Shown: positions 17,225 to 25,744, counted from the stretch's first letter. The stretch is 64,000 bases of DNA from Desulfuromonadales bacterium (GCA_963665915.2 CAXXSG010000011.1:68979-132978); one strand, 5' to 3'. Notes: generated by a model from the sequence alone, not told the origin. Translations and numbers: made by a program.

Positions 17225-18118
17225 ATGGCGGACACAATGAGAAAACGACCTTTTTTGATGGCCCTGGGGGTATTTGGAGCCATCTTTCTTTTTTTTGTAG
17301 CGCTCGGTGCCGTCTTAACCCTTACGGATGATGGACCTGGTTCCCTTTTGAGTCAAAAGGTGGGGGTCATTGAGGTCAGCGGGGTTATTATTTCCTCGAA
17401 AAAAATAATCCGCCAGCTTGATGACTTTAAAAACAGCGACTCCATTAAGGCGATTGTCCTGCGCATAGATTCTCCTGGCGGCAGTGTCGGGCCCTCCCAG
17501 GAAATTTATGAAGAGATTCAGAAAGTGTCTAAACTCAAGCCCTTGATCGTTTCCATGGGTAGTGTTGCGGCGTCAGGTGGATATTACATAGCTGTCCCGG
17601 CAAAAAGAATTTTTGCGAATCCCGGTACCATAACCGGCAGCATCGGTGTCATTATGGAGTTCCTGAATATACAGGAGCTGTCGCGCAAGATCGGTTTCAC
17701 GAGTCAGGTAATCAAAAGTGGAAAGAACAAGGATATTGGCTCCCCTTTTCGTTCTTTGCGCAAGGACCAGCGGAAGATTCTCCAGGACCTCATTGATGAT
17801 GTTCATCTGCAGTTCATGGAAGCGGTATCTGAAAACCGTAAAATGGAACTTGGCGACGTCAGGAAATTAGCCGACGGGCGGATTTTTTCCGGGCGCCAGG
17901 CATTGACTGCAGGGCTCGTTGATGAACTTGGCAACTTGCAGGATGCCGTGCAATACGCTGCCGGGCAAGCCCGGATATCCGGAGACCCGGCTGTGGTTTA
18001 TCCCCCGGAAGAGAGAAAAGCGCTGTGGGAATATTTTCTTGAAAACAGCCAGACTCGCCTGAGTGAGATATTGGCCCCAAAAAGGTCGGGTTTAAACTAT
18101 ATTTGGGATGGGTATTGA
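17225..18118 (+). CDS. sppA: Signal peptide peptidase SppA, 36K type
   Basis: 297 aa. N-terminal TM segment, GSVAASGGYYIA serine motif and a ClpP/crotonase-like fold pattern. The start could instead be ATG 17237. Confidence 0.85.
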   Translation: MADTMRKRPFLMALGVFGAIFLFFVALGAVLTLTDDGPGSLLSQKVGVIEVSGVIISSKKIIRQLDDFKNSDSIKAIVLRIDSPGGSVGPSQEIYEEIQKVSKLKPLIVSMGSVAASGGYYIAVPAKRIFANPGTITGSIGVIMEFLNIQELSRKIGFTSQVIKSGKNKDIGSPFRSLRKDQRKILQDLIDDVHLQFMEAVSENRKMELGDVRKLADGRIFSGRQALTAGLVDELGNLQDAVQYAAGQARISGDPAVVYPPEERKALWEYFLENSQTRLSEILAPKRSGLNYIWDGY

Positions 18119-18149
18119 TTGAATCGAATGATAAGGAGATTGATTGCAA

Positions 18150-18429
18150 ATGACCAAGAGTGAACTTTGTGAACATCTTGCCGATATTACTGGAACTTTG
18201 AACAAGAAAGAGGCTGAGCTCATTGTCAACACCATTTTTGACAGTATCCGGGATGCTTTGGCAAAAGGCGAACGGGTTGAGATCCGGGGATTTGGTTCTT
18301 TCAGTATTCGCGACCGGGACGCACGTTTGGCCCCGCAACCCAAAAACCGGCGAATCCGTCAGTATTGATGGAAAAAAGGTACCTTTTTTCAAAACCGGAA
18401 AAGAATTGAAAGAACTGGTGGACCAGTAA
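18150..18429 (+). pseudogene. ihfB: Integration host factor beta / HU-family DNA-binding protein gene with an apparent +1 frameshift in a C4 run
   Basis: Frame A reads [61 protein letters not shown]. Frame B continues [31 protein letters not shown]. The two halves join into a canonical IHF/HU sequence if one C of CCCC (18331-18334) is removed. Confidence 0.75.
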
Positions 18430-18656
18430 AATTTTTGCAAGTCATGATCAGGTGACTATAAAAGAGCTCTACAGGCAATGTCAGAGCTTTTTTATTACCC
18501 GAACCATCGTCCGCAGAGATACTTTTCGCAACCTGGAACTTACAGGCAAACGGATTGCATTGGAAACGGCAAAGTTTAAATAATCTTCTTTGCCGCGGAA
18601 CTTGTAGGGATTTCCATAAAAAGTTATAATTGTGTCATAAGTCAGAGGAGGCTGTT

Positions 18657-18881
18657 ATGCGAGAAAAAGTGGAAGAGATGCTTGAGAAAGTTCGTCCTTA
18701 CCTGCAACGGGATGGTGGAGATGTGGAGCTGGTGGATGTTGAAGAGGACGGCACTGTAAAGGTGAGGCTGACAGGTGCCTGCGGGTCCTGCCCCATGTCG
18801 ACCATGACTCTGAAAATGGGGATTGAAAAGACATTGAAAGAGCATATCCCTGAAGTTAAGGAAGTCGTTCAGGTTAAATAG
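18657..18881 (+). CDS. NifU-like (Nfu C-terminal domain) Fe-S cluster scaffold/carrier protein
   Basis: 74 aa. [17 protein letters not shown]...[14 protein letters not shown] carries the CxxC Nfu signature. ATG behind AGAGGAGG. Confidence 0.8.
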   Translation: MREKVEEMLEKVRPYLQRDGGDVELVDVEEDGTVKVRLTGACGSCPMSTMTLKMGIEKTLKEHIPEVKEVVQVK

Positions 18882-18906
18882 ATTTTTGCTGTTACGGGAG
18901 GACAAG

Positions 18907-19101
18907 ATGATCAAAGTTAAAACTTTTGGTGAATCTCTTCTTCCATTGAGAACACATCAGGAACTGGAGACTCTCGACAATCGCATTAATGCTTTTATTC
19001 GCGAAAACAATATCTCCAAGGTTCTTTCCGTCAGTGACTCTACAACTTCGAGCGAAGGGTCCACTATCGGTATTGTCAGGGTTCTGGTCTATGAGGAATA
19101 A
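18907..19101 (+). CDS. Small hypothetical protein (64 aa)
   Basis: ATG behind GGGAGGA; MIKVKTFGESLLPLRTHQELETLDNRINAFIRENNISKVLSV... I recognise no motif with confidence. Confidence 0.45.
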   Translation: MIKVKTFGESLLPLRTHQELETLDNRINAFIRENNISKVLSVSDSTTSSEGSTIGIVRVLVYEE

Positions 19102-19131
19102 GAGCAGTCCCGGCAGGTGAACAACGATATG

Positions 19132-19174
19132 AGACATTAAAAAAGGAGCCTTTAAGGCTCCTTTTTTAATGTCT
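19132..19174. terminator. Bidirectional intrinsic terminator (perfect 20-bp arms)
   Basis: AGACATTAAAAAAGGAGCCT-TTA-AGGCTCCTTTTTTAATGTCT. GC core stem with an A-run and a T-run on either side, between convergent genes. Confidence 0.8.
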
Positions 19175-19215
19175 ATCCGGTTTTGGATGGGGCATTCCTG
19201 AGCGCTTTATTCCAT

Positions 19216-19308
19216 CTAAAATTCATCGCTTTTTTTGAGGAGAAATTCCGCTCCTTTGAGGGAGATAACCATCAGGGAAAACCAGATTGAAATCCATAGA
19301 AAAATCAT
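19216..19308 (-). CDS. Unannotated 30-codon hydrophobic micro-ORF directly downstream of cydB (CydX/CydS-like small subunit candidate)
   Basis: The minus strand reads ATG...TAG, encoding MIFLWISIWFSLMVISLKGAEFLLKKSDEF: one TM helix plus a charged tail. AAGGATGG Shine-Dalgarno overlaps the cydB stop, with a 13-nt gap. It is too short for the supplied ORF track. Confidence 0.55.
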   Translation of the reverse strand: MIFLWISIWFSLMVISLKGAEFLLKKSDEF

Positions 19309-19321
19309 ATTGACCATCCTT

Positions 19322-20458
19322 TCAATAAAAGTCGTGGGACTCTTTGCCATCGACATCCTTGACCGAAATCTTTTCGGTATTCATCAGGCGCCAGACATAG
19401 CTGACATAGGCGAGAATAAAAGGTACAGCCAGGGCCACCAGGGTCATGGCTGAAAGTGTGTAAAAACTGCTGGATGCGTTTTCTATGGTCAGGCTGCTTT
19501 GAAGATCAAAGCGTGACGGGTAAAAGGCTGTCTGATTGAGACCCAGGATCAGGAAAATTGCGACGCCCGTTAATAAAGCTCCGGGGCCACTGATCCAGAT
19601 ACCTTTTGCTGTTTCGGTGAAGCGGGTCAGAATAACCCCGAGAACCACCAGCACAAGGCCCACCAGGAGAAAGCCGAGACCGGGGACCGGCATACTCAGC
19701 AGATTTTGAATATATTTACCCTTTACGAGGATTATTTCCTGCGTTTCAGTATAGCCGTATCCGGTCATTCCCACCCATTTATAGAGAATAAAGAGGAGAA
19801 ACGGGAGGAGAGCCAGCAAGTTGTTGAAGGCCGTTTTCCGGAGGCGCTCGACCAGCTCCGGTGCGCTGACATTATTCACCAGATAAAGAGAGCCCAGTAC
19901 ACGGGCAAGGAATACCACCAGAAAGCCGATGGCCAGGTTGAAAGGGACCAGCAGTGCCTCAAGACCACGGAGAGGGTGCCCCCAGGTGAACAGGTTGCTT
20001 TCGCTGATGTGGAAATTCCCCCCCGTAAACAGGGTTCCGACCGCCGCTCCGATGGCGAAGAGCCCGAGACTGCCGTTGATAAAGAGAAACCACTCGTAGG
20101 TCCTGGTGCCGAGCAGGTTGCCCGGTTTTTTGCGGAATTCGTAGCTGATGGCTTGCAGCACGAACGTCATGAGGATGAGCATCCAGACCCAGTAGGCGCC
20201 GCTGAAGCTGACCGCGTAAAATTTGGGAAACGCGGCGAAAAAAGCGCCGCCGAAGAGAACCAGAAGGGTGTAGGTCAGTTCCCATTTGCGGCCCAGGGAA
20301 TTAACGATGAGAGATCTCTCCAGGTCGGAACGGGCGGCTGTCACCAGGAGGGTCTGCCCGCCCTGGACAAAAGACATGAGAATAAAAAGGGCTCCCACCA
20401 GAGAGATGATGATCCACCAGATCTGCTGTAGTTGTAGATGATCAAAACCGAAAATCAT
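19322..20458 (-). CDS. cydB: Cytochrome bd ubiquinol oxidase subunit II
   Basis: 378 aa polytopic membrane protein immediately after cydA (1-nt gap), with typical CydB length and hydrophobicity. Confidence 0.85.
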   Translation of the reverse strand: MIFGFDHLQLQQIWWIIISLVGALFILMSFVQGGQTLLVTAARSDLERSLIVNSLGRKWELTYTLLVLFGGAFFAAFPKFYAVSFSGAYWVWMLILMTFVLQAISYEFRKKPGNLLGTRTYEWFLFINGSLGLFAIGAAVGTLFTGGNFHISESNLFTWGHPLRGLEALLVPFNLAIGFLVVFLARVLGSLYLVNNVSAPELVERLRKTAFNNLLALLPFLLFILYKWVGMTGYGYTETQEIILVKGKYIQNLLSMPVPGLGFLLVGLVLVVLGVILTRFTETAKGIWISGPGALLTGVAIFLILGLNQTAFYPSRFDLQSSLTIENASSSFYTLSAMTLVALAVPFILAYVSYVWRLMNTEKISVKDVDGKESHDFY

Positions 20459-20459
20459 A

Positions 20460-21992
20460 TCATTTCTCCTCCGGGCCGATTTTGATTTGCGTGAGCATAA
20501 TGCAGACTTCGGCCGCCAGCAATGTGGTCAATAACACGAGAAAGACGAAAAAGGTGGTTTGTACGGTGGCGGCCCCGAGGTTTGACTGGGCCACACTGAC
20601 TGGGAGGATGTTCTGAATGGCCCAGGGTTGGCGGCCGACCTCTGTGACCACCCAGCCAAGCTGGGAAGCGGTGTAGCCGAGAGGGACAAGGAGTAAGCCG
20701 AATCTCAGCAGCCATTTCTGGGTGAAAATTTTATCTTTCAGGGCTAGATAGAGATAAACCAGGAAAACCAGCGGAAAAAGGAAGCCGAGCATCACCATGA
20801 TCCGGAAACTGTAAAACACCGTGGGGACATGGGGGACGGCCTCCTCAGGGGTCTTTAGATAACCAAAACCGAGATAGTTCTCATTCTTGCGAAATTCCTG
20901 CAGGTGTTTTTCCGCACCGGCCTGGTCGTTGTTTTTGCGGGCCGTGCGATAGAGGGCAAGGTTGTCAAGAGCCGCTTTCCCTTTGCCGATCTTGTCCGTC
21001 ACGCCCTCGATATTCCGTTCCGGATTTCCATAGACCAGATCATCAATCCCCGGGACGAAAGAGATCAGCTCACGGTTGGCCAGGATAGAGAGCATGAAGG
21101 GAAAGTGGATCTCCAAGTGAAAAGTGGTTTTATCGTCCCCCGGCTTTTTATCGGGGTTGAGAAGCCCGATGGCGACAAGTCCGGCCGGTTCGTCCCCCTT
21201 GTAGAGGGCCTCCATGGCCGCGAGTTTCATGGGCTGGAGGTGGGCGCTGTCATAGGCCGCCTGGTCGCCGGAGAAAATCACCAGGAAAGAAAAGGTCAGC
21301 CCGAAGACAGAAGCAACAATGATGCTTCTGCGTGCCAGTTGCAGGTGGCGTTTTTTGAGCAGGTACCAGGAGGAGACGCTGAGGACAAACAGGGAAGCGA
21401 GGAGAAAGCTGGAGCTGGTAGCATGGATAAAATGGCTTATGGCCACCGGAGAGGTTATCACCTCCAGGATATTTTGCATTTCGAAACGACCCAGGTCGGG
21501 GTTGAAGGCCATGCCAACGGGATGCTGCATCCAACCATTGGCGACGAGAATCCAGAGCGCCGAAAGGTTGGAGCCGATGGCCACCATCCAGGTGGAAAAG
21601 AGATGAAACTTTTTAGAAACCCGATCCCAGCCGAAAAACATGACGGCGAAAAAGGTGGCTTCGATGAAAAAGGCAAAAAGGACCTCAATGGCCAGTGGCG
21701 CTCCGAAAATATCACCCACCATCCACGAGTAATTGGACCAGTTGGTTCCGAACTGAAACTCGAGGATCAGTCCTGTGGCCAGACCCGCGGCAAAGTTGAC
21801 GGCGAACAGTCGCATCCAGAAGCGGGTGATTCTCTTCCACTCGGGCTTGCCGGTTTTGTAGTAATAGGTTTCAAAAAAGGCGAGCAGAAAAGATAACCCG
21901 AGGGTCAGGGGTACGAAAACCCAGTGCACCATGGCGGTCAGGGCGAACTGGGCCCTGGACCAGTTGATTTGTGCCAGATCCATTTCAGTCAA
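20460..21992 (-). CDS. cydA: Cytochrome bd ubiquinol oxidase subunit I
   Basis: 510 aa. The N-terminus LSRAQFALTAMVHWVFVPLTLGL matches the conserved CydA start, and a GRQPW motif (EVGRQPWAIQN) lies near the C-terminus. Confidence 0.9.
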   Translation of the reverse strand: MTEMDLAQINWSRAQFALTAMVHWVFVPLTLGLSFLLAFFETYYYKTGKPEWKRITRFWMRLFAVNFAAGLATGLILEFQFGTNWSNYSWMVGDIFGAPLAIEVLFAFFIEATFFAVMFFGWDRVSKKFHLFSTWMVAIGSNLSALWILVANGWMQHPVGMAFNPDLGRFEMQNILEVITSPVAISHFIHATSSSFLLASLFVLSVSSWYLLKKRHLQLARRSIIVASVFGLTFSFLVIFSGDQAAYDSAHLQPMKLAAMEALYKGDEPAGLVAIGLLNPDKKPGDDKTTFHLEIHFPFMLSILANRELISFVPGIDDLVYGNPERNIEGVTDKIGKGKAALDNLALYRTARKNNDQAGAEKHLQEFRKNENYLGFGYLKTPEEAVPHVPTVFYSFRIMVMLGFLFPLVFLVYLYLALKDKIFTQKWLLRFGLLLVPLGYTASQLGWVVTEVGRQPWAIQNILPVSVAQSNLGAATVQTTFFVFLVLLTTLLAAEVCIMLTQIKIGPEEK

Positions 21993-22234
21993 TGTCGACT
22001 CCTTTCGGATGGGGATTGAATCAGGATTTGCTCCATGACGAAGCTACCCCTCTCCGCATCTGTATCGAATTTGCTTTTCAATATATTGGGGAAAAAGACC
22101 AGCTTGAGAACGAAAAAAAGGATGGCCATTTTGATCAAGATCAGCTTCCAGAGGGTCTTTCCAAGCGTCATCGAACGGAACCCGTCAATATAAAAGCGGA
22201 TTATGCTTATCAGTGGATTCAAAAGCGGGGACAC
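21989..22234 (-). CDS. Small membrane protein preceding cydA (DUF4492-like)
   Basis: 81 aa with one or two hydrophobic segments. 4-nt overlap with the cydA start. As far as I recall, proteins of this size and position upstream of cydAB belong to DUF4492. Confidence 0.5.
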   Translation of the reverse strand: MSPLLNPLISIIRFYIDGFRSMTLGKTLWKLILIKMAILFFVLKLVFFPNILKSKFDTDAERGSFVMEQILIQSPSERSRH

Positions 22235-22508
22235 CTTTAACTATTAATGGTTCACCAGAGATTTTTTCTTGATTTGGTATTTTACCATTTCAGTCAGCAA
22301 TTGAAAGTGGGTATTGAGAAATTTTTATTAAAAAAGGGTCCGGAGGCTTTAATCAGCTTACCCAGCCTTGCAATTCAACCATCTTGTATTTAACTTGTAT
22401 GCAGCGTCGGAAGAACTTTCCCGGTGGGATACAAGCTATGGGGAAGGCGAATCCGGGCTGTTTTTGTAAGGGAAACGAGACAATTAACTTCAGACTCAGG
22501 AGGTATGA

Positions 22509-23402
22509 ATGGCAACGGAATTTTTATATGGCAAAGGTGTTGTAAAGGTGGTCTCCACCGAGTGGTTGGGTGAGCATCTCGACGATTCCGATCTGATGCT
22601 CCTCGATACCCAGCCCAATATCCATGACTATATCCAGGAACATATACCTGGAGCCGTCTACATGAATGAAGGTCTCTTGCGCGTACCGCTGGGCGGTCTG
22701 CCGGGGCAGTATGTACCTGCCGAGTCCATTGAGCCGGTTATCCGCCGCCTCGGCCTCAAGGCGGATGTCCCGGTAGTGGTTTATACCGGGACGGGACCCT
22801 ACAAAGGCTGGGGCGACGGTCTTGAGCAAACCATGGCCGCCTATTCCTTGGCCCGCTTCGGTCATAAAAACGTTTATGTCCTTGATGGCGGCATCGACAA
22901 ATGGAAAGCGGAAAGTCGACCTCTCTCCCAGGAATTTCCGAAAGTGGAAGAGTCAGATTTCCAGGTCGATGTCCAGCGCGACTTTTTTGTCGATTACCAG
23001 GAATTCAGGTCGCTCAGAGAGAAAAAGGATGTTCTGGTGATCGACGCCAGACCGTCGGAAGTTTACCAGGGGCAGGGACCCTGGATCAAGCCCGGCCACA
23101 TTCCCGGGGCCGAGAATCTGCCTTGGAAAAAGCTGATGGATCCTGATAATCCGCGTCTTCTGAAACCCAAAACAGAGATCCTGGACATTCTTGAAAGCGG
23201 TATTATCCGTCCTCACAAAACCATCATCTGTTCCTGCGGCACCGGGCGCGAGGCGACGAACCAGTTCCTTCTTTTCAAGGAATATCTGCGGTATCCGAAT
23301 GTCAAGATCTACGAGGGGTCGTTTACCGAATGGACCTCTTATCCGGAAAACGAAACCGTTACCGGGCCTCTTCCCCACGGCTATGAGGAGAAGTGTACTT
23401 AG
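22509..23402 (+). CDS. Two-domain rhodanese-type sulfurtransferase (thiosulfate/3-mercaptopyruvate sulfurtransferase)
   Basis: 297 aa. Tandem rhodanese pattern with active-site loop [10 protein letters not shown] (C-x-x-G-x-x-R) in the C-terminal domain, and HIPGA motifs in both halves. Confidence 0.8.
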   Translation: MATEFLYGKGVVKVVSTEWLGEHLDDSDLMLLDTQPNIHDYIQEHIPGAVYMNEGLLRVPLGGLPGQYVPAESIEPVIRRLGLKADVPVVVYTGTGPYKGWGDGLEQTMAAYSLARFGHKNVYVLDGGIDKWKAESRPLSQEFPKVEESDFQVDVQRDFFVDYQEFRSLREKKDVLVIDARPSEVYQGQGPWIKPGHIPGAENLPWKKLMDPDNPRLLKPKTEILDILESGIIRPHKTIICSCGTGREATNQFLLFKEYLRYPNVKIYEGSFTEWTSYPENETVTGPLPHGYEEKCT

Positions 23403-23472
23403 GTCCTGGCGTAAAAGGAATAATTATTGACAGAGTGTCGGCAACTCTGATAAAAATGTCTCTTACCAAAAT

Positions 23473-23548
23473 GGGGCTATAGCTCAGCTGGGAGAGCGCT
23501 TGACTGGCAGTCAAGAGGTCGTCGGTTCGATCCCGTCTAGCTCCACCA
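23473..23548 (+). tRNA. tRNA-Ala (anticodon GGC), with encoded CCA
   Basis: GGGGCTA acceptor with a G3:U70 pair, D arm GCTCAGCTGGGAGAGC, anticodon stem CTTGA/TCAAG with loop CTGGCAG, T arm GGTTCGATCC. 76 nt. Confidence 0.9.
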
Positions 23549-23556
23549 TAAAATCA

Positions 23557-23589
23557 AAGGGTTAGCGAATTTTCGCTAACCCTTTTTTT
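23557..23589 (+). terminator. Rho-independent terminator after tRNA-Ala
   Basis: AAGGGTTAGCGAA / TTCGCTAACCCTT forms a 13-bp stem followed by a T-run. Confidence 0.8.
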
Positions 23590-23712
23590 GTGCCCAAGTC
23601 GCTACATATCACACCCTTTATGGCCGATTTTGTAGGTGGTGGACATTTTCCTCTAATATTTCTAAATTAATTAAAGGTGACATCCATCAATTCAAAAAAC
23701 AAGGTCAGGCCC

Positions 23713-23771
23713 GAAAGATTGCATTATTGTTTTGTTGAGTAAGTTCCCATGAGTAGTAAACTAATTAACAG
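23713..23771 (+). repeat. Copy 1 of a repeated intergenic leader sequence (GAAAGATTGYATT...TGTTGAGTAAG...AAACTRATTAACAG)
   Basis: Aligns with 24469-24514, apart from an 11-14 nt insertion in copy 1. Each copy ends roughly 55-60 nt upstream of the next ORF start. Confidence 0.6.
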
Positions 23772-23826
23772 TGTCCCTGACCTCACACTGACCCCACAAC
23801 GCTGCTGATGAGACTGGAGTTAGGTA

Positions 23827-24357
23827 TTGCTTAAATATGTCTGTGCCTACTGTGGGAAAGATTTGCGCCCCGGCGGACAGCCTGGAAATGGGGTCCAGCC
23901 CATTAGCCACGGCATTTGCCGTGATTGCGTAGACCAGGTTATGGTTGGAAGCGGCGTGTTGTTTGACGAGTTTCTCGATACCTTGCAGGCACCGGTCTTC
24001 GTTGTGGACGATTCTGCCCGGGTGGTAACGGCCAACGCGCTTGGCCGAGAAACTGTGTCAAAAGACTTGGAACAGATCAAGGGGCATCTTGGTGGAGAAG
24101 TTTTCGGATGTTCTTACCATCATTTGCCTGGTGGGTGTGGAGAGACTCTGCATTGTAAAACTTGTACCATACGGAACCTGGTCATGAAGACTTATGCGAC
24201 AGGGGAAGCATCCATCCGGGAGCCGGCCTGTCTAGATCTGGATACCATCGTCGGTCCCAGAAGAATATGCTTCCTTATTTCAACCGAAAAAGCAGGTAAT
24301 GCGGTATTCTTAAGGATTGACGATGCCCAACCAGAAGAGTGCCCTGATGCTGAATAG
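23827..24357 (+). CDS. Hypothetical Cys-rich protein: N-terminal zinc-ribbon-like CxxC...CxxC plus a PAS-like module with a Cys cluster
   Basis: 176 aa with a TTG start. YVCAYCGKDL...SHGICRDCV, then FGCSYHHLPGGCGETLHCKTCTIRN. No confident family assignment. Confidence 0.45.
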   Translation: MLKYVCAYCGKDLRPGGQPGNGVQPISHGICRDCVDQVMVGSGVLFDEFLDTLQAPVFVVDDSARVVTANALGRETVSKDLEQIKGHLGGEVFGCSYHHLPGGCGETLHCKTCTIRNLVMKTYATGEASIREPACLDLDTIVGPRRICFLISTEKAGNAVFLRIDDAQPEECPDAE

Positions 24358-24468
24358 CCGCGCTGCAAGAACCCGGAACGGTTGATTTTTAACGATGTTG
24401 GCGGATGTTTCGTGCCGATACAACGCTTTGCATGGGAAGTGGCCCGAGGAAAACAGAGGGTGAGTTCG

Positions 24469-24514
24469 GAAAGATTGTATTTTTGATCTGTTGAGTAAGC
24501 AAACTGATTAACAG
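24469..24514 (+). repeat. Copy 2 of the repeated intergenic leader sequence
   Basis: See the feature at 23713-23771. A third, partial match (CAGGCCTGAAAGATTGTAAT) lies at 28831-28850. Confidence 0.6.
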
Positions 24515-24713
24515 CGGTTAGTCCACAGCCCAAAGCGCCAAATGGCCAGCAAAACAAAATCATAAGGCGGTTGTTTATGATCAGGATGGCCTTATTTTCA
24601 GATGCTTTGTCTTTTTGGTCTTGTGCGCTGCATTTTTCCTTGCATCCGGTTGCGCCTCCACTCAGATTGATTAAAGTTCCGACTGCGAAATTTGGGCAGG
24701 CAAGGAAACTGTA

Positions 24714-25082
24714 ATGATTGATTCAAATTTTGAGATGTCAATTGTACATTTAGAGGACGTGGAAGATACTTATCATGTTCGGGGAGGTCTTTCCTGGGAT
24801 ATTAAAGAAACGGCTCGAGGTTTTGGCTATGGCCGAATGACGGCCAGACTTGAAGGCAAGATTAAGGATGGAATTCTGAACGCAACGATTTATGGGCATG
24901 CTTTTGTGACAGAGGGGGCTGTAAAAATTTTCAGTACCATGAGAGGCTCTTTTTCCAAGGCCAAGGCCAAGGCCAAGGCCAAGGCCAAGGCCAAGGCCTC
25001 TGGGGCGTGTAAAATCAAGGCTCTGGCTAATCAGATATATCGGTTTTCTGGGGAATGGTTTGCCGAAAAGGCCAACCTCTGA
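24714..25082 (+). CDS. Hypothetical protein with a (Lys-Ala)7 tract; possibly the mature part of a decayed lipoprotein gene
   Basis: 122 aa. The same frame upstream encodes a lipoprotein signal peptide (FLVLCAAFFLASGC) that is cut off by TAA at 24672-24674. Confidence 0.4.
   Translation: MIDSNFEMSIVHLEDVEDTYHVRGGLSWDIKETARGFGYGRMTARLEGKIKDGILNATIYGHAFVTEGAVKIFSTMRGSFSKAKAKAKAKAKAKASGACKIKALANQIYRFSGEWFAEKANL
24957..24998 (+). repeat. Perfect hexanucleotide microsatellite (AAGGCC)x7 inside the coding sequence
   Basis: Seven tandem AAGGCC units read directly in the sequence and encode KAKAKAKAKAKAKA. The 6-nt unit length means copy-number change keeps the frame. Confidence 0.95.
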
Positions 25083-25153
25083 TTAACCGGCTTGCAGGAA
25101 GCTACTAAGAATTCCAGGAACATAATTTTTAACCTACGACACGACGATACGCT

Positions 25154-25546
25154 ATGAAATTTAAAATTACCAAAATTGATGCAGCTGTGGATCAGCTTGA
25201 TTGGGCCATCAAACTTTTCCTTGACCATTCAGCATACGTTTCAGCAATTACTCTTTCCGGTGCGGCAGAAGAGATAATAGGAGGGACCCTTCCAGGGTCG
25301 GCTATTTCTCAGCCGTATCTTAACAAAGACAAAAGCTGGGTAATGCAATGGAGGGAGGTGGGCGAAGAAACGATTGAAATTGACCTTGAGACAGAGGTCA
25401 TTCAATACATTCTGAGGGCTGTTACCAGCCTTTTTGCCCATGACCAGTCATTGTCAAGCGAATCGCCTCGTTTCCTCGAGTGGCTTAATAAAAACAAACC
25501 GGAAATCCTTGATGGCTTGGAATTCCAGGGTCATTTTCCCCATTAA
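25154..25546 (+). CDS. Hypothetical protein (130 aa)
   Basis: Open frame with an ATG start and no recognisable motif. Predicted helical N-terminus (AVDQLDWAIKLFLDHSAYVSAITLSGAAEEIIG). Confidence 0.4.
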   Translation: MKFKITKIDAAVDQLDWAIKLFLDHSAYVSAITLSGAAEEIIGGTLPGSAISQPYLNKDKSWVMQWREVGEETIEIDLETEVIQYILRAVTSLFAHDQSLSSESPRFLEWLNKNKPEILDGLEFQGHFPH

Positions 25547-25744
25547 TTAATGGCAATAAATCCGGTTTGAGTCAGGGGGAAGCGAAATCTGCTCCTTGCT
25601 CCAACCATCATGGAGATAATATCTCCACTATTTCCAATCATGGGAGTAAAATCTTCTGAAAATTGTTTTATCCTAAAAGCTGCAAAACAATTCAAAAAAA
25701 CCAGCCTTTCATCGCTGGTTAGACTGCAACCCCCTATAAATGAA

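Noticed and set aside
20904-21896. 330-aa plus-strand ORF opposite cydA
   Set aside because: It is antisense to a clearly identified CydA, and its translation has no membrane or enzymatic motifs.
22235-22508. FNR/CRP-type box (TTGAT-N4-ATCAA) in the divergent cyd/rhodanese promoter region
   Set aside because: TTGATTTGGTATTT has only the first half-site and no acceptable second half, so there is not enough support.
24192-24563. 123-aa minus-strand ORF overlapping the end of the Cys-rich ORF and repeat copy 2
   Set aside because: It overlaps a better-supported plus-strand ORF and the repeated leader. It has no start context or motifs.
24957-24998. Possibility that the tandem repeat is a CRISPR array or part of one
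   Set aside because: The units are 6 nt and directly abutting, with no spacers, and they lie inside an ORF. There are no cas genes in the window.
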